This document shows positions 16,149 to 25,008 of a stretch of 30,207 bases of DNA, piece after piece (the stretch's first letter is position 1; the number at the start of each line of letters is the position of its first letter). The notes beneath the pieces are model-generated. The model made no database searches, was not told where the DNA came from, and saw only the letters and a list, made by a program, of their open reading frames with translations. Source of the DNA: Candidatus Sericytochromatia bacterium (GTDB lineage: Bacteria; Cyanobacteriota; Sericytochromatia; S15B-MN24; JAQBPE01); contig JBBAPZ010000029.1 of the NCBI GenBank assembly GCA_040400605.1, forward strand, positions 1-30,207, given 5' to 3'. The position numbers and the translations under genes were made by a program.

Positions 16149-17603
16149 GTGGAACGCGCAAAGAATTACTTCGACGGCATGTGGTCCGTTGGCACAGCCC
16201 AACCCGGCATCTGCATCAACCCGGCGAATGGCGAACATGCCGCCCAGTTCAGCGAGGCATCGCTTGACGATGCCCTGACGGCCATCGGTGCGGCTCGCCA
16301 TGCCTTCGACCATGGGGCTTGGTCGCGCAGCCCGCGCCTGCGTGAGTCGGTGTTGCTGGAGTTTGCGGCCAACCTGCAAGCGCGCGCGCCCGAGATCGAG
16401 CGTTGGCTGGTCACCCTCAATGGCAAGCTGACACGCGAAGCACGTGGCGAAATCGCCACCGCTGTGTCTGAACTGCGCTTTTATGCGGGTTTGGCGCGCA
16501 ACCTGTGGGGGCGCGTAGCCGAGATCGACAACGGTTGCTATTCGCAGCTCAGCCGTGAGCCTGCTGGCGTGGCTGGCATCATCGTGCCATGGAATGCGCC
16601 GGTGATTCTGCTCATTCGATCGCTGGCACCAGCGCTGGCTGCAGGTTGCACGGTGGTGATCAAGGCAGCGCACCAGACTGCCCTGGTGAACCAATTGACA
16701 CTGGAGTGTTTGACCTCCATCGCAGGCTTGCCTTCAGGCGTGGTCTGTTCGTTCACAGAGTCGGGGGCGGATATCGGGCGTGCCATCAGCCAGTCCCCGC
16801 ATATCGACGTCATCAGCTTCACCGGCTCTTCTGCCACAGGCAAAAGGATTGCCGCAGATGCTGCGGGCACGCTCAAACGCCTGTCGCTGGAACTTGGCGG
16901 CAAGGCACCAGCCATTGTGTTGCCCGACGCTCCACTGGCGTCGACCTTGACCGGTTTGGTCGCTGGTGCCCTGCCCATGGCGGGGCAGCAGTGCACCGCC
17001 ATTGCGCGGGTGCTGGTCCACGAGAGCCGATTTGACGAGACCGCCGCAGCGCTGGCCGAACGTTTGAGCAGCCTGGTGATTGGGCCTGGGCATGAGCCCA
17101 GCTCGCAGTTGGGTCCGTTGATTGACCACGCCAACCGTGACCGCCTCGCCCGTTTGGCAGCCGAGGCTTCGCAACACGGAAAAGTCTGGTTACAGGGCGG
17201 TGTCCCGACTGGCCCGCTGAGCCATGGCGCTTTTGTTTCGCCCACCTTGGTGGAGGTGTCTGACCTTTCTTCCAAGTACATTCAGGATGAGCTCTTCGGG
17301 CCGGTTCTGGTGATCGAGCGCTACCGCGATCAGGCCGATGCGATTGCGCGCGCCAACGCCACACGCTATGGCTTGGCAGCCAGCGTATGGACGAGCGATC
17401 GCGCCGCTGGGCAGGCCATGGCGCGTGAACTGAAGTCGGGCACCGTCTGGATGAACACCCACAACAAACTCTTCCCCGAGGCTGAGACCGGCGGCTTCCG
17501 GGAAAGTGGCTATGGCCGCTTGCATGGTGTGGAAGGACTAAACGACTTCCTCAGTACCAAGCACGTGTACTGGGAAAGCCAACCCATCGGCGTGGTGCGT
17601 TGA
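16149..17603 (+). CDS. Aldehyde dehydrogenase (PsfA-like subgroup)
   Basis: GTG start after aaggag; IVPWNAP, FTGS, LELGGK, AGQQC, ELFGP, HNKLFPEAETGG, SGYGRLHG. Confidence 0.93.
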   Translation: MERAKNYFDGMWSVGTAQPGICINPANGEHAAQFSEASLDDALTAIGAARHAFDHGAWSRSPRLRESVLLEFAANLQARAPEIERWLVTLNGKLTREARGEIATAVSELRFYAGLARNLWGRVAEIDNGCYSQLSREPAGVAGIIVPWNAPVILLIRSLAPALAAGCTVVIKAAHQTALVNQLTLECLTSIAGLPSGVVCSFTESGADIGRAISQSPHIDVISFTGSSATGKRIAADAAGTLKRLSLELGGKAPAIVLPDAPLASTLTGLVAGALPMAGQQCTAIARVLVHESRFDETAAALAERLSSLVIGPGHEPSSQLGPLIDHANRDRLARLAAEASQHGKVWLQGGVPTGPLSHGAFVSPTLVEVSDLSSKYIQDELFGPVLVIERYRDQADAIARANATRYGLAASVWTSDRAAGQAMARELKSGTVWMNTHNKLFPEAETGGFRESGYGRLHGVEGLNDFLSTKHVYWESQPIGVVR

Positions 17604-17621
17604 GTTTTTGGAAGGAAAACC

Positions 17622-18068
17622 ATGGCTGTTCTTCGCACCATCCACACGGGGCTCACGGTTCATGACCTGGAGCAGATGCTGGACTTCTTCAGCGAATGCC
17701 TGAGCGCCCAAGCGGGCGAAATTAGGCAGATACCGGTTGGCGACACGCTGGGGCACATCACAGGTGTTGAAGGCGCGCAGGCTCGAGTGGCCATGGTGAC
17801 CCTACCGGGCGGGCATGTGGTGGAGTTGCTGGAATACAGCGCGCCTGAAAGTGCGACGTCCATGGCGCCACGACCTTGTGATGTCGGCGGCGCGCACCTG
17901 GCGCTGGAAGTGGAGTCCTTGTCAGAAACGACGCAGGCGATTGAGCGGTTTGGTTTTGCCGTTGCTGGCCGAATCCTGACGCTGCCTGGCGGACCATTTG
18001 CCGGGCGGTGCGTGACCTATGTTCGAGATCAACATGGTTTCACGCTTGAGTTGATTGGCGGTCAGTGA
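17622..18068 (+). CDS. VOC/glyoxalase-family protein
   Basis: HTGLTVHDLE, VELLEY, HLALEV, YVRDQHGFTLELI: His/Glu/His/Glu metal-ligand pattern. Confidence 0.9.
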   Translation: MAVLRTIHTGLTVHDLEQMLDFFSECLSAQAGEIRQIPVGDTLGHITGVEGAQARVAMVTLPGGHVVELLEYSAPESATSMAPRPCDVGGAHLALEVESLSETTQAIERFGFAVAGRILTLPGGPFAGRCVTYVRDQHGFTLELIGGQ

Positions 18069-18135
18069 GCATTCGGCTCACCGTTATCGCCAGGGTATGA
18101 CATTCAAAAAGGCTCACACTGACAGCGATTGAACA

Positions 18136-18202
18136 GCATCAGTTTTGCTCATGAAATCATGAACAAGTTACGTTTGATGGATGGATGGATGTCAACTCTA
18201 AT
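18136..18202 (+). promoter_or_regulatory. LysR box plus sigma70 promoter upstream of Bug receptor 2
   Basis: ATCAG-N5-CTCAT (T-N11-A) at 18138..18152; TTGATG (18174..18179), 17 nt, TCTAAT (18197..18202). 48/67 identical without gaps to 20199..20265. Confidence 0.7.
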
Positions 18203-18266
18203 CGGAACTGAAATTAGACAAAATTTCGAATTTGATGTGACAACAGCAAAGGAAAAAGAAAACCGC

Positions 18267-19259
18267 ATGAAACACGCCATTCAAAAAAACAGTCGACGCT
18301 CACTCCTCATGGCGGCCGCCTTGATGAGCAGCGTTTTACCCTTGTCAGTCGGCGCGCAAAATTGGCCAGACAAGCCGATCAAAATCGTTGTACCTGCCCC
18401 TGGGGGTTCTGCAGTTGAAGTGGTGGCGCGCTTGCTCAGCGACAAACTCCAAGCCCGCACAGGGCAAGCTGTGGTGGTGGATACGAGGCCTGGTGCGGAT
18501 GGTGGTATCGCTGCAGTGGCTGTGAAAACGGCGACCGATGGTCATACCTTCTTGCTTGGCAATGCCGGGATCATGACCATTAACCCGCACTTCAATGCTC
18601 GTCTTCCCTACGACCCGGTCAAGGACTTCGTGCCGGTGTCCATGCTTGTTAACAACGTGGTGGTGATGACCGTATCTCCCGCTTTGGGCGTGAATAGCGT
18701 GAAAGAATTGATTGCTCTGTCCAAACAACAGTCGGGCCGCATCAACTACGCCAGTGTTGGCGGACGCGGCGGCGTACCGTTTCTTTCCGGACAACTTTTG
18801 CGCCAAGGCGCAGGCGCCGATCTGACGTGGGTCGGTTATGCATCAGAAGCACAGGCGCGCACCGACCTGATGGGTGGACAGATCCAGGTGATGTTCGATG
18901 TTTTGGCCTCAACCTTGCCGCTGGTTCAGGCGGGCAAGTTGAAGATCATTGCCGTGACTGGTACACAACGTGCGCCACAGCTACCCGACGTGCCGACCCT
19001 CATAGAGGCCACAGGAGCCGGAGTTGAAGGCGTCGGCTGGTTGGCCTTGTATGCCCCGGCCGGTACTCCTGAGACAGCAGTGAATGCGATGAATCAGCAT
19101 TTGCGAGCCATTCTGGCCATGCCAGACATTCGCGAACGACTCAACGTGATGGGCATGGAGCCGGTCCCAGGAACACCTCAGGCATTGGGACGGACCCAAC
19201 GCGACGACTTCGTCAAGTGGGAGCGATTGATCCAGGATCAGAAAATTCTGCCTCAGTGA
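18267..19259 (+). CDS. Bug/TctC substrate-binding protein 2 (orphan)
   Basis: Leader with SRRSLL, WPDKPIKIVVP, DGHTFL, YDPVKDFVP, PDVPT. ATG 18267 preferred over TTG 18129, which lies upstream of the promoter. Confidence 0.92.
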   Translation: MKHAIQKNSRRSLLMAAALMSSVLPLSVGAQNWPDKPIKIVVPAPGGSAVEVVARLLSDKLQARTGQAVVVDTRPGADGGIAAVAVKTATDGHTFLLGNAGIMTINPHFNARLPYDPVKDFVPVSMLVNNVVVMTVSPALGVNSVKELIALSKQQSGRINYASVGGRGGVPFLSGQLLRQGAGADLTWVGYASEAQARTDLMGGQIQVMFDVLASTLPLVQAGKLKIIAVTGTQRAPQLPDVPTLIEATGAGVEGVGWLALYAPAGTPETAVNAMNQHLRAILAMPDIRERLNVMGMEPVPGTPQALGRTQRDDFVKWERLIQDQKILPQ

Positions 19260-19269
19260 CCTTGCCTGT

Positions 19270-20202
19270 TTATTTGCGGGTGGTTTGACTTTTTGGGGCA
19301 GGCGCAGCCAACTTGGCTGCTGTAGCCTTGAGACGAGCCGTGAATTCCAAAGATGTGGACTTGGCCTGGCTGCCTCTGCGTGTGACGAGGTAGAGATCCA
19401 GGTTCACCACAGGTGCAGTCAGCATGCTGATTTGCAAACCATGTCGTTTGCACTCCTCAATGGCAAACGAGGGAATGATGGCATGACCCAATCCGGCGCG
19501 AACCATGGCAATCACCGTGCCCATGAAGTTCACCACTTGACGCTGTTCGCCGCCTCCCCCGATTTGGGCAAGATGGGCATCCACCAACGATTGGATGGGG
19601 TTGTCAGCTGGAAGTCCTATCAGCGGCAGATCACGAAGGCCAGACCAGGGGCGAGATGACAGGTGAGTACTTGGGTTTGGTGCCGGTGGGCTGATGCACA
19701 TCAGTCGAAAACGGCACAAAGGCTGACGCAAAAGTCCAACGGCAGGCTTGACGAAAAAGCCCAGACCAATATCGGCATCACCATCCAAAACGCGCTGGCG
19801 GACAGCATGGACATCGACATCGGCAATTGTGATGTCCACTCGTGCATTCGACGTGGTGAACTCGCGAACGATCTCAGGCAGAAGGCTCATGGACACCATG
19901 GGTGTTGCCGCAACCTTCAGGCGGGAACGGTTGGCCGATTCGGTGCCTTGGATCGCTGAACTCAGGTCCCTCAGTTCTTGAACGATCCTTTGGGCCACAG
20001 GCAGGAGTTCGCGACCGGAATCGGTGAGCGTCACCGACCTCGGATTGCGATCAAACAATCGGGCGCCAATTTGATCCTCCAACTCTTTGATCAACATGCT
20101 CATGCCCGACTGGGACATGGGGATGCACTCGGCAGCCTTTGAGATGCTGCGAAGACGAGCGACCTCCAGAAAAGCCAGCAACTGACGGCTGCTTAAATGC
20201 AT
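19270..20202 (-). CDS. LysR-family transcriptional regulator
   Basis: RQLLAFLEVARLRSISKAA, SQSGMS, LEDQIGARLFDR, LTDSG, MVRAGLG. Start likely at 20202 (alternative 20223). Confidence 0.95.
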   Translation of the reverse strand: MHLSSRQLLAFLEVARLRSISKAAECIPMSQSGMSMLIKELEDQIGARLFDRNPRSVTLTDSGRELLPVAQRIVQELRDLSSAIQGTESANRSRLKVAATPMVSMSLLPEIVREFTTSNARVDITIADVDVHAVRQRVLDGDADIGLGFFVKPAVGLLRQPLCRFRLMCISPPAPNPSTHLSSRPWSGLRDLPLIGLPADNPIQSLVDAHLAQIGGGGEQRQVVNFMGTVIAMVRAGLGHAIIPSFAIEECKRHGLQISMLTAPVVNLDLYLVTRRGSQAKSTSLEFTARLKATAAKLAAPAPKSQTTRK

Positions 20203-20265
20203 GAGCTTTTCTGATGGATACATGAGAAAGTTCAGTTTGAATGATTGAATGTTGTCAAGTTTAAT
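20199..20265 (+). promoter_or_regulatory. LysR box overlapping the lysR start, plus divergent sigma70 promoter of the monooxygenase operon
   Basis: ATGAG-N5-CTGAT (T-N11-A) at 20201..20215; TTGAAT (20237..20242), 17 nt, TTTAAT (20260..20265). Confidence 0.7.
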
Positions 20266-20399
20266 GGCCCCAGCGAATAGGACAACCGACTCAATTGAAT
20301 TGAGATAAGCCTTTTAGCGAGGTGCAATGGTGGTTCATCCACGTTGCTGAAAGTCCAAGTTTTTGCCGAAATAGGGTCAATGAAATGGGTGATGTGCAG

Positions 20400-22025
20400 A
20401 TGATGGATACGACCGATGTGGTGATCGTGGGCGGAGGCCCCGTGGGTATGGGCATGGCCATTGACCTGGGGCAGCGCGGTGTTCGATGCGTTGTGGTGGA
20501 GCGTTATATCCAACCGCAGCCCATTCCCAAAGGTCAAAACTTGACCCAAAGAACGATGGAGCATTTCCAGGCATGGGGCGCTGAATCGCAACTTCGTGCC
20601 GCGCGAACGATTCCACCAGAGTACGGCATTGGTGGTTTGACGGCCTATGGGTCGCTGCTTGGTGAGTACTCTTACGACTGGTTGCAGCGCGACCTTGTCA
20701 AGCCTTATTACCATGCAGCCAACGAGCGTTTACCCCAGTACGCGACAGAGGCAGTGCTGAGAAAACGTGCAGCCGAGCTGCCCAAAATCGAGACCATCTA
20801 TGGTTGGAGCGCCGAGTCCGTCGTGCAGGACGATGAGGGTGTCGAGCTTGTACTGACCGAACGTCAAGGCACTGGGCGACGAAAGTTACGAGCGAAATAT
20901 GTGATCGGTTGCGATGGCAGTCGCTCGGTTGTTCGCGATCAGGCCGGAATAACGCAGACACGAACCGACCATGACCGTGTCATGGTGCTGCTGGTCTTTC
21001 GCTCGACGGAGCTGCATTCATTGCTGGAACGTTTTCCGGGCAAGTCTTATTACAACGTGCTTCACCCTGATCTCAAGGGGTACTGGAAATTTTTGGGTCG
21101 GGTCGATCTCGGAGAGAGCTGGTTTTTCCACGCGCCGGTTCCTCTTGGAACGACCGAACACAACTTCGATTTCCGCGCATTCCTCCATCAGGCCATAGGC
21201 GAAGAGTTTGCAATTGAATTCGATCACATCGGTTTTTGGGATCTGCGATTTGCGGTCGCTGACAGTTATCGGGCAGGCCGAATTTTCATAGCGGGTGATG
21301 CTGCGCACAGCCATCCGCCCTATGGCGGGTACGGCGTCAACTCTGGATTTGAAGATGCGCGCAATCTGGCCTGGAAATTGGCAGCGGTGATACAAGGGCG
21401 TGCTGGAGATGCACTTCTCGATTCATATGAGGCAGAACGCCGGCCTGTATTTTTGTCAACCGTGAATGATTTCATCGCGAAATCGATTGAACGGGACAGC
21501 CAGTTTTTGAGCTCATTTGACCCTTCGGTAGATCGGCCAGCTTTCGAATCGGAATGGCTGGCACGAGCCAAAGGAGCTGTTGGTGAAGTCCATGCTTTTG
21601 AGCCGAACTACGAAGGTTCGCCGATCGTTTTGAATGGGAATAAAGGCGTCTGCAGCGCTGTCGGGTCACATCGCTTCGAAGCGCGGACAGGGCACCATCT
21701 GCCACCTGCACCATTAAAAGACGGTGGGGATGCCTTCGGACATTTGGGCACAGAGTTCACTTTGCTGTGCATTGGCACATCCGAAGCGAATGCGCGCGTG
21801 TTCAGTGAGGCGGCAGCTGCACTTTCGGTGCCATTGAAAATGGTGGCGCTGGCGTCGGGCCAGGGTGCTGACCGGTATGAGGCCAAATGGGTTCTGGTCA
21901 GGCCAGATGATTTTGTGGCATGGACGAGCCAGGAAGAAACCGTGTCGCCACAAACTGCAGCCTGGGTGTTGGCTCGGGCATCAGCCAATACCAGCCCAGA
22001 GATGTTGGTCAACAAAGACGGCTAG
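20400..22025 (+). CDS. FAD-dependent monooxygenase, group A (PheA/TfdB-like aromatic hydroxylase family)
   Basis: GGGPVG, GCDGSRS, AGDAAH...GG-x-G-x-N...NLAWKL, LDSYEAERRP, C-terminal LVRPD. Start uncertain (20385/20400/20403). Confidence 0.93.
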   Translation: MMDTTDVVIVGGGPVGMGMAIDLGQRGVRCVVVERYIQPQPIPKGQNLTQRTMEHFQAWGAESQLRAARTIPPEYGIGGLTAYGSLLGEYSYDWLQRDLVKPYYHAANERLPQYATEAVLRKRAAELPKIETIYGWSAESVVQDDEGVELVLTERQGTGRRKLRAKYVIGCDGSRSVVRDQAGITQTRTDHDRVMVLLVFRSTELHSLLERFPGKSYYNVLHPDLKGYWKFLGRVDLGESWFFHAPVPLGTTEHNFDFRAFLHQAIGEEFAIEFDHIGFWDLRFAVADSYRAGRIFIAGDAAHSHPPYGGYGVNSGFEDARNLAWKLAAVIQGRAGDALLDSYEAERRPVFLSTVNDFIAKSIERDSQFLSSFDPSVDRPAFESEWLARAKGAVGEVHAFEPNYEGSPIVLNGNKGVCSAVGSHRFEARTGHHLPPAPLKDGGDAFGHLGTEFTLLCIGTSEANARVFSEAAAALSVPLKMVALASGQGADRYEAKWVLVRPDDFVAWTSQEETVSPQTAAWVLARASANTSPEMLVNKDG

Positions 22026-22090
22026 CAGTGTAGTCAAAATCGTATCGCGCAGATCCGATGCCTCAATCATTTACAAGACCGGAGACATTC

Positions 22091-23065
22091 ATGAAATCAT
22101 TTGCACTTTCTCTCATCGCTGCGATGGTGATGGCACCAGCCCTATCCTACGCACAGTCCGCAGACTACCCATCTCGGAGTGTTCGCATCGTTTCATCATT
22201 TTCAGCCGGTTCTGGCCCAGACGTCATGCTGCGTTTGGTAAGTCAGAAACTTTCTGCGCTTTGGAAACAACCCGTGGTGGTAGACAATAAGCCGGGAGGC
22301 AGCGGTTTTATTGCAGTCGCAGAAACCAAGCGAGGGCAGTCAGACGGTTACACCCTGCTGCATGTGGATAGCTTGAACTTTACGGCCATCCCACACATGT
22401 ACAAGACCTTGCCGTATGACCCCGCCAAGGATTTTGCGCCCGTGACGCCAATGCACTACAGCAACTTCTTTGTCGCGGTATCGTCGAAGTCCAAATGGAA
22501 CAGCGTCGGAGATCTTTTGGCAGATGCGAAAGGGCGACCTGATCGGGTGACCTACGGTTCATGGCAAATCGGGAGCGTCGCGCATCTCGGGAGCGCATCG
22601 CTTGACTTGGCCGCAGGCACAAAAATGACCCATGTGCCATTCAGAGATTTCGGTCAGCTCTATGCCGCTGTCGCGGCAGGCGAGGTTGATTGGGCTTTTG
22701 GAAGTGCGGCCAGTGCCGGACCTTTGCAACAAGCGGGAAGGCTTAAGTTCTTGGCGCTGGCCGGGAAAGAACCCTTGCCTACGCATCCGAGCGTCCCTGT
22801 GATGGGAGGCAGCGGTGGTCCGGCTGGTTTCGAATTGGCAGGGTGGGTCGGCCTGTTTTCACCAGCGGGAACACCCCAAGCGATCGTTGAAAAAGTCAAC
22901 GGTGACATCGCATCGATCTTTGCCCAAGCAGACATGCAGCCGAGGTTGCGCGACATGGGGTACTTCGCGCTGCCCATCAAACCCGATGCCATGGCTGAAC
23001 GCATAAAACTTGAGTCTGCATCGTATTCGAAGACCATCAAGGATATACGTCTGGCCCTCGACTGA
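22091..23065 (+). CDS. Bug/TctC substrate-binding protein 3 (orphan)
   Basis: RBS ggag, signal peptide, YPSRSVRIV, VDNKPGGSG, DGYTLL. Confidence 0.92.
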   Translation: MKSFALSLIAAMVMAPALSYAQSADYPSRSVRIVSSFSAGSGPDVMLRLVSQKLSALWKQPVVVDNKPGGSGFIAVAETKRGQSDGYTLLHVDSLNFTAIPHMYKTLPYDPAKDFAPVTPMHYSNFFVAVSSKSKWNSVGDLLADAKGRPDRVTYGSWQIGSVAHLGSASLDLAAGTKMTHVPFRDFGQLYAAVAAGEVDWAFGSAASAGPLQQAGRLKFLALAGKEPLPTHPSVPVMGGSGGPAGFELAGWVGLFSPAGTPQAIVEKVNGDIASIFAQADMQPRLRDMGYFALPIKPDAMAERIKLESASYSKTIKDIRLALD

Positions 23066-23159
23066 GGATGCGCGCAGTCAAGCGTGCCGGCTAGTGGGTC
23101 AAGTTTTTGAATGCATTTTTTCTAAACGCCTTTCAACAATTTAAAACTTGGAGACAAAT

Positions 23160-24131
23160 ATGATGACATCCAGACGCGATTTTTTGGCTGCTGCTGCAAT
23201 CTCTGGCACCGTGTTCTCAAGCCTTGCACAAGAAGCCTTTCCTGTGAAGCCAATTCGCTGGGTTGTGCCGTGGGTGGCAGGCACGCCGGGCGACTTCGTT
23301 GCACGCATCGTGGGTGAGCAAATGGCGAAGGATTTGGGGCAACCCATAGTCATCGAAAACAAAGCAGGAGCCACAGGCACGGCCGTTATTCCTGAAGTAT
23401 TACGGCAGCCCGCAGATGGCTACACGCTTTATTACCTTGGTGCAGCATCACTGCTCGGTCCAATGCTGTATCCAAATGCAAATATTGATTTCGCCAAACA
23501 ATTTTCTGCGGTTGGGGGGCTCGATACAGTGGCCAGCGTGGCGGTGGTTGGCAACGAAAAGCCATACGAAAGCTTGGCAGATTTGGTTGCTGCGGCGAGA
23601 TCTAAAGGCGAATCGATGACATATGCCTCGGCGGGAAATGGATCACCCCCTCACCTCGTGACCGAGATGTTCAAGCAGGCGACGGGGATCAAGCTGTCTC
23701 ATATTCCTTATGCGCAAGTCGGCCAGGCGATGACCGATGTCATCTCCGGTCGGGTAGATCTGATGTTTCTTGGAGCCCCCCTCGCTATCCAGCAGGTCAA
23801 TGGCGGACGAATGAGAGCATTGGCGGTAACCAGTGCCAAGCGCATGACACAACTGCCAAACGTTCCCACCGTTGATGAGGCGGGTACCAAGGGATTCTCG
23901 TTTGTCTCTTTCGACGGAATTTTGGTGCGCAGAGGAACGCCTGAACCGGTCATCCGAAGATTGAGTGACAGCCTGCAGACAGCACTTTCCTCAACCCAGG
24001 TGCGAGATGCATTTGCCAAGGGTGGCTTAGAGGTGATGCAGATGAACCCGAGTCAGTTCTTCGCTTACATGAATGCTGAATCGAGCCGTTTCTTGGCGGC
24101 AGCGAAGGCTGCAGGCATTCGGATCGATTAG
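23160..24131 (+). CDS. Bug/TctC substrate-binding protein 4 (orphan, twin-arginine-like leader)
   Basis: RBS ggag, SRRDFL leader, FPVKPIRWVVP, ENKAGATG, DGYTL, SAGNGSPPHL. Confidence 0.92.
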   Translation: MMTSRRDFLAAAAISGTVFSSLAQEAFPVKPIRWVVPWVAGTPGDFVARIVGEQMAKDLGQPIVIENKAGATGTAVIPEVLRQPADGYTLYYLGAASLLGPMLYPNANIDFAKQFSAVGGLDTVASVAVVGNEKPYESLADLVAAARSKGESMTYASAGNGSPPHLVTEMFKQATGIKLSHIPYAQVGQAMTDVISGRVDLMFLGAPLAIQQVNGGRMRALAVTSAKRMTQLPNVPTVDEAGTKGFSFVSFDGILVRRGTPEPVIRRLSDSLQTALSSTQVRDAFAKGGLEVMQMNPSQFFAYMNAESSRFLAAAKAAGIRID

Positions 24132-24169
24132 TGGTTTTGTGACCGAAGAATCAGAGTGAAGGATTGCAA

Positions 24170-24925
24170 ATGGACGGAGTCAAACGCAGGATTGCAGTGA
24201 CCGGCGCAGCCAGTGGCATCGGCAGAGCCATCGCCCTATCGTTGGCTCGTCAGGGGCATGACGTCGCCGCAATTGACATCAAGGCACCGCAAGGAACTGC
24301 GGATGAGATCGTTCAGCAAGGCGGACAGGCTGTAGCGATCGCAGCCGATGTCACCCAGACTGATCAGGTAGAAGATATGGTGTCCAGTTGCATCCATGCC
24401 TTTGGAGGAATCGATGGGCTGGTCAACAATGCTGGTATTTACTCATCGATCGTGCTGCGACCATTTGAAGAAATTTCGCTAGAGGAATGGCGTCATCTTT
24501 TTGACGTGAATGTCTTTGGTTTGGTCGCCTGCTGCCAAGCAGTTGTGCCACACATGAAAAAGGCAGGAGGCGGGCGGATCGTCAACATCATCTCTGGGAC
24601 CCCTTTCAAGGGAATACCTTACATGTTGCATTACGTGGCCAGCAAAGGCGCCGTTCTTGGCATCACCCGTTCATTGGCACGGGAGTTGGGGGCAGATAAT
24701 ATTTTGGTCAATGGCGTCGCCCCGGGTTTCACGCTCAGTGAAGGCGTGATCGCAAATCCTGTGCAGCTAGAAAAGCTCCGAGAAAATGCCAAGAATGGAC
24801 GCTCATTGACGCGTGATCAATTTCCAGATGATGTGGTGGGTGCGGTCGGATTTTTCATGTCCGAAGGCTCTTCCTTTATCACTGGACAAACATTACTTGT
24901 TGACGGTGGCTCGCACTTCAACTAA
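24170..24925 (+). CDS. Classical SDR oxidoreductase (same subgroup as 13670..14425)
   Basis: TGAASGIG, NNAG, YVASK. Confidence 0.94.
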   Translation: MDGVKRRIAVTGAASGIGRAIALSLARQGHDVAAIDIKAPQGTADEIVQQGGQAVAIAADVTQTDQVEDMVSSCIHAFGGIDGLVNNAGIYSSIVLRPFEEISLEEWRHLFDVNVFGLVACCQAVVPHMKKAGGGRIVNIISGTPFKGIPYMLHYVASKGAVLGITRSLARELGADNILVNGVAPGFTLSEGVIANPVQLEKLRENAKNGRSLTRDQFPDDVVGAVGFFMSEGSSFITGQTLLVDGGSHFN

Positions 24926-25008
24926 AGAGTTTAAAAATCGAGCTTTCTTCGTTCCACTAGAAAGACCCTGATCATCAAAGAACGTGTTTCGGCAAAAAGG
25001 GTATAGCA

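Noticed and set aside
2016..17281. Long antisense or alternate-frame ORFs (e.g. 2016..2900, 3561..4496, 4536..5543, 10327..11319, 15906..16694, 16538..17281)
   Set aside because: They overlap well-supported genes and lack family motifs. Such shadow ORFs are expected in GC-rich coding DNA.
18065..18081. GTGAGC-attcg-GCTCAC hairpin at the end of module 1 as an intrinsic terminator
   Set aside because: Short stem with no U-tract.
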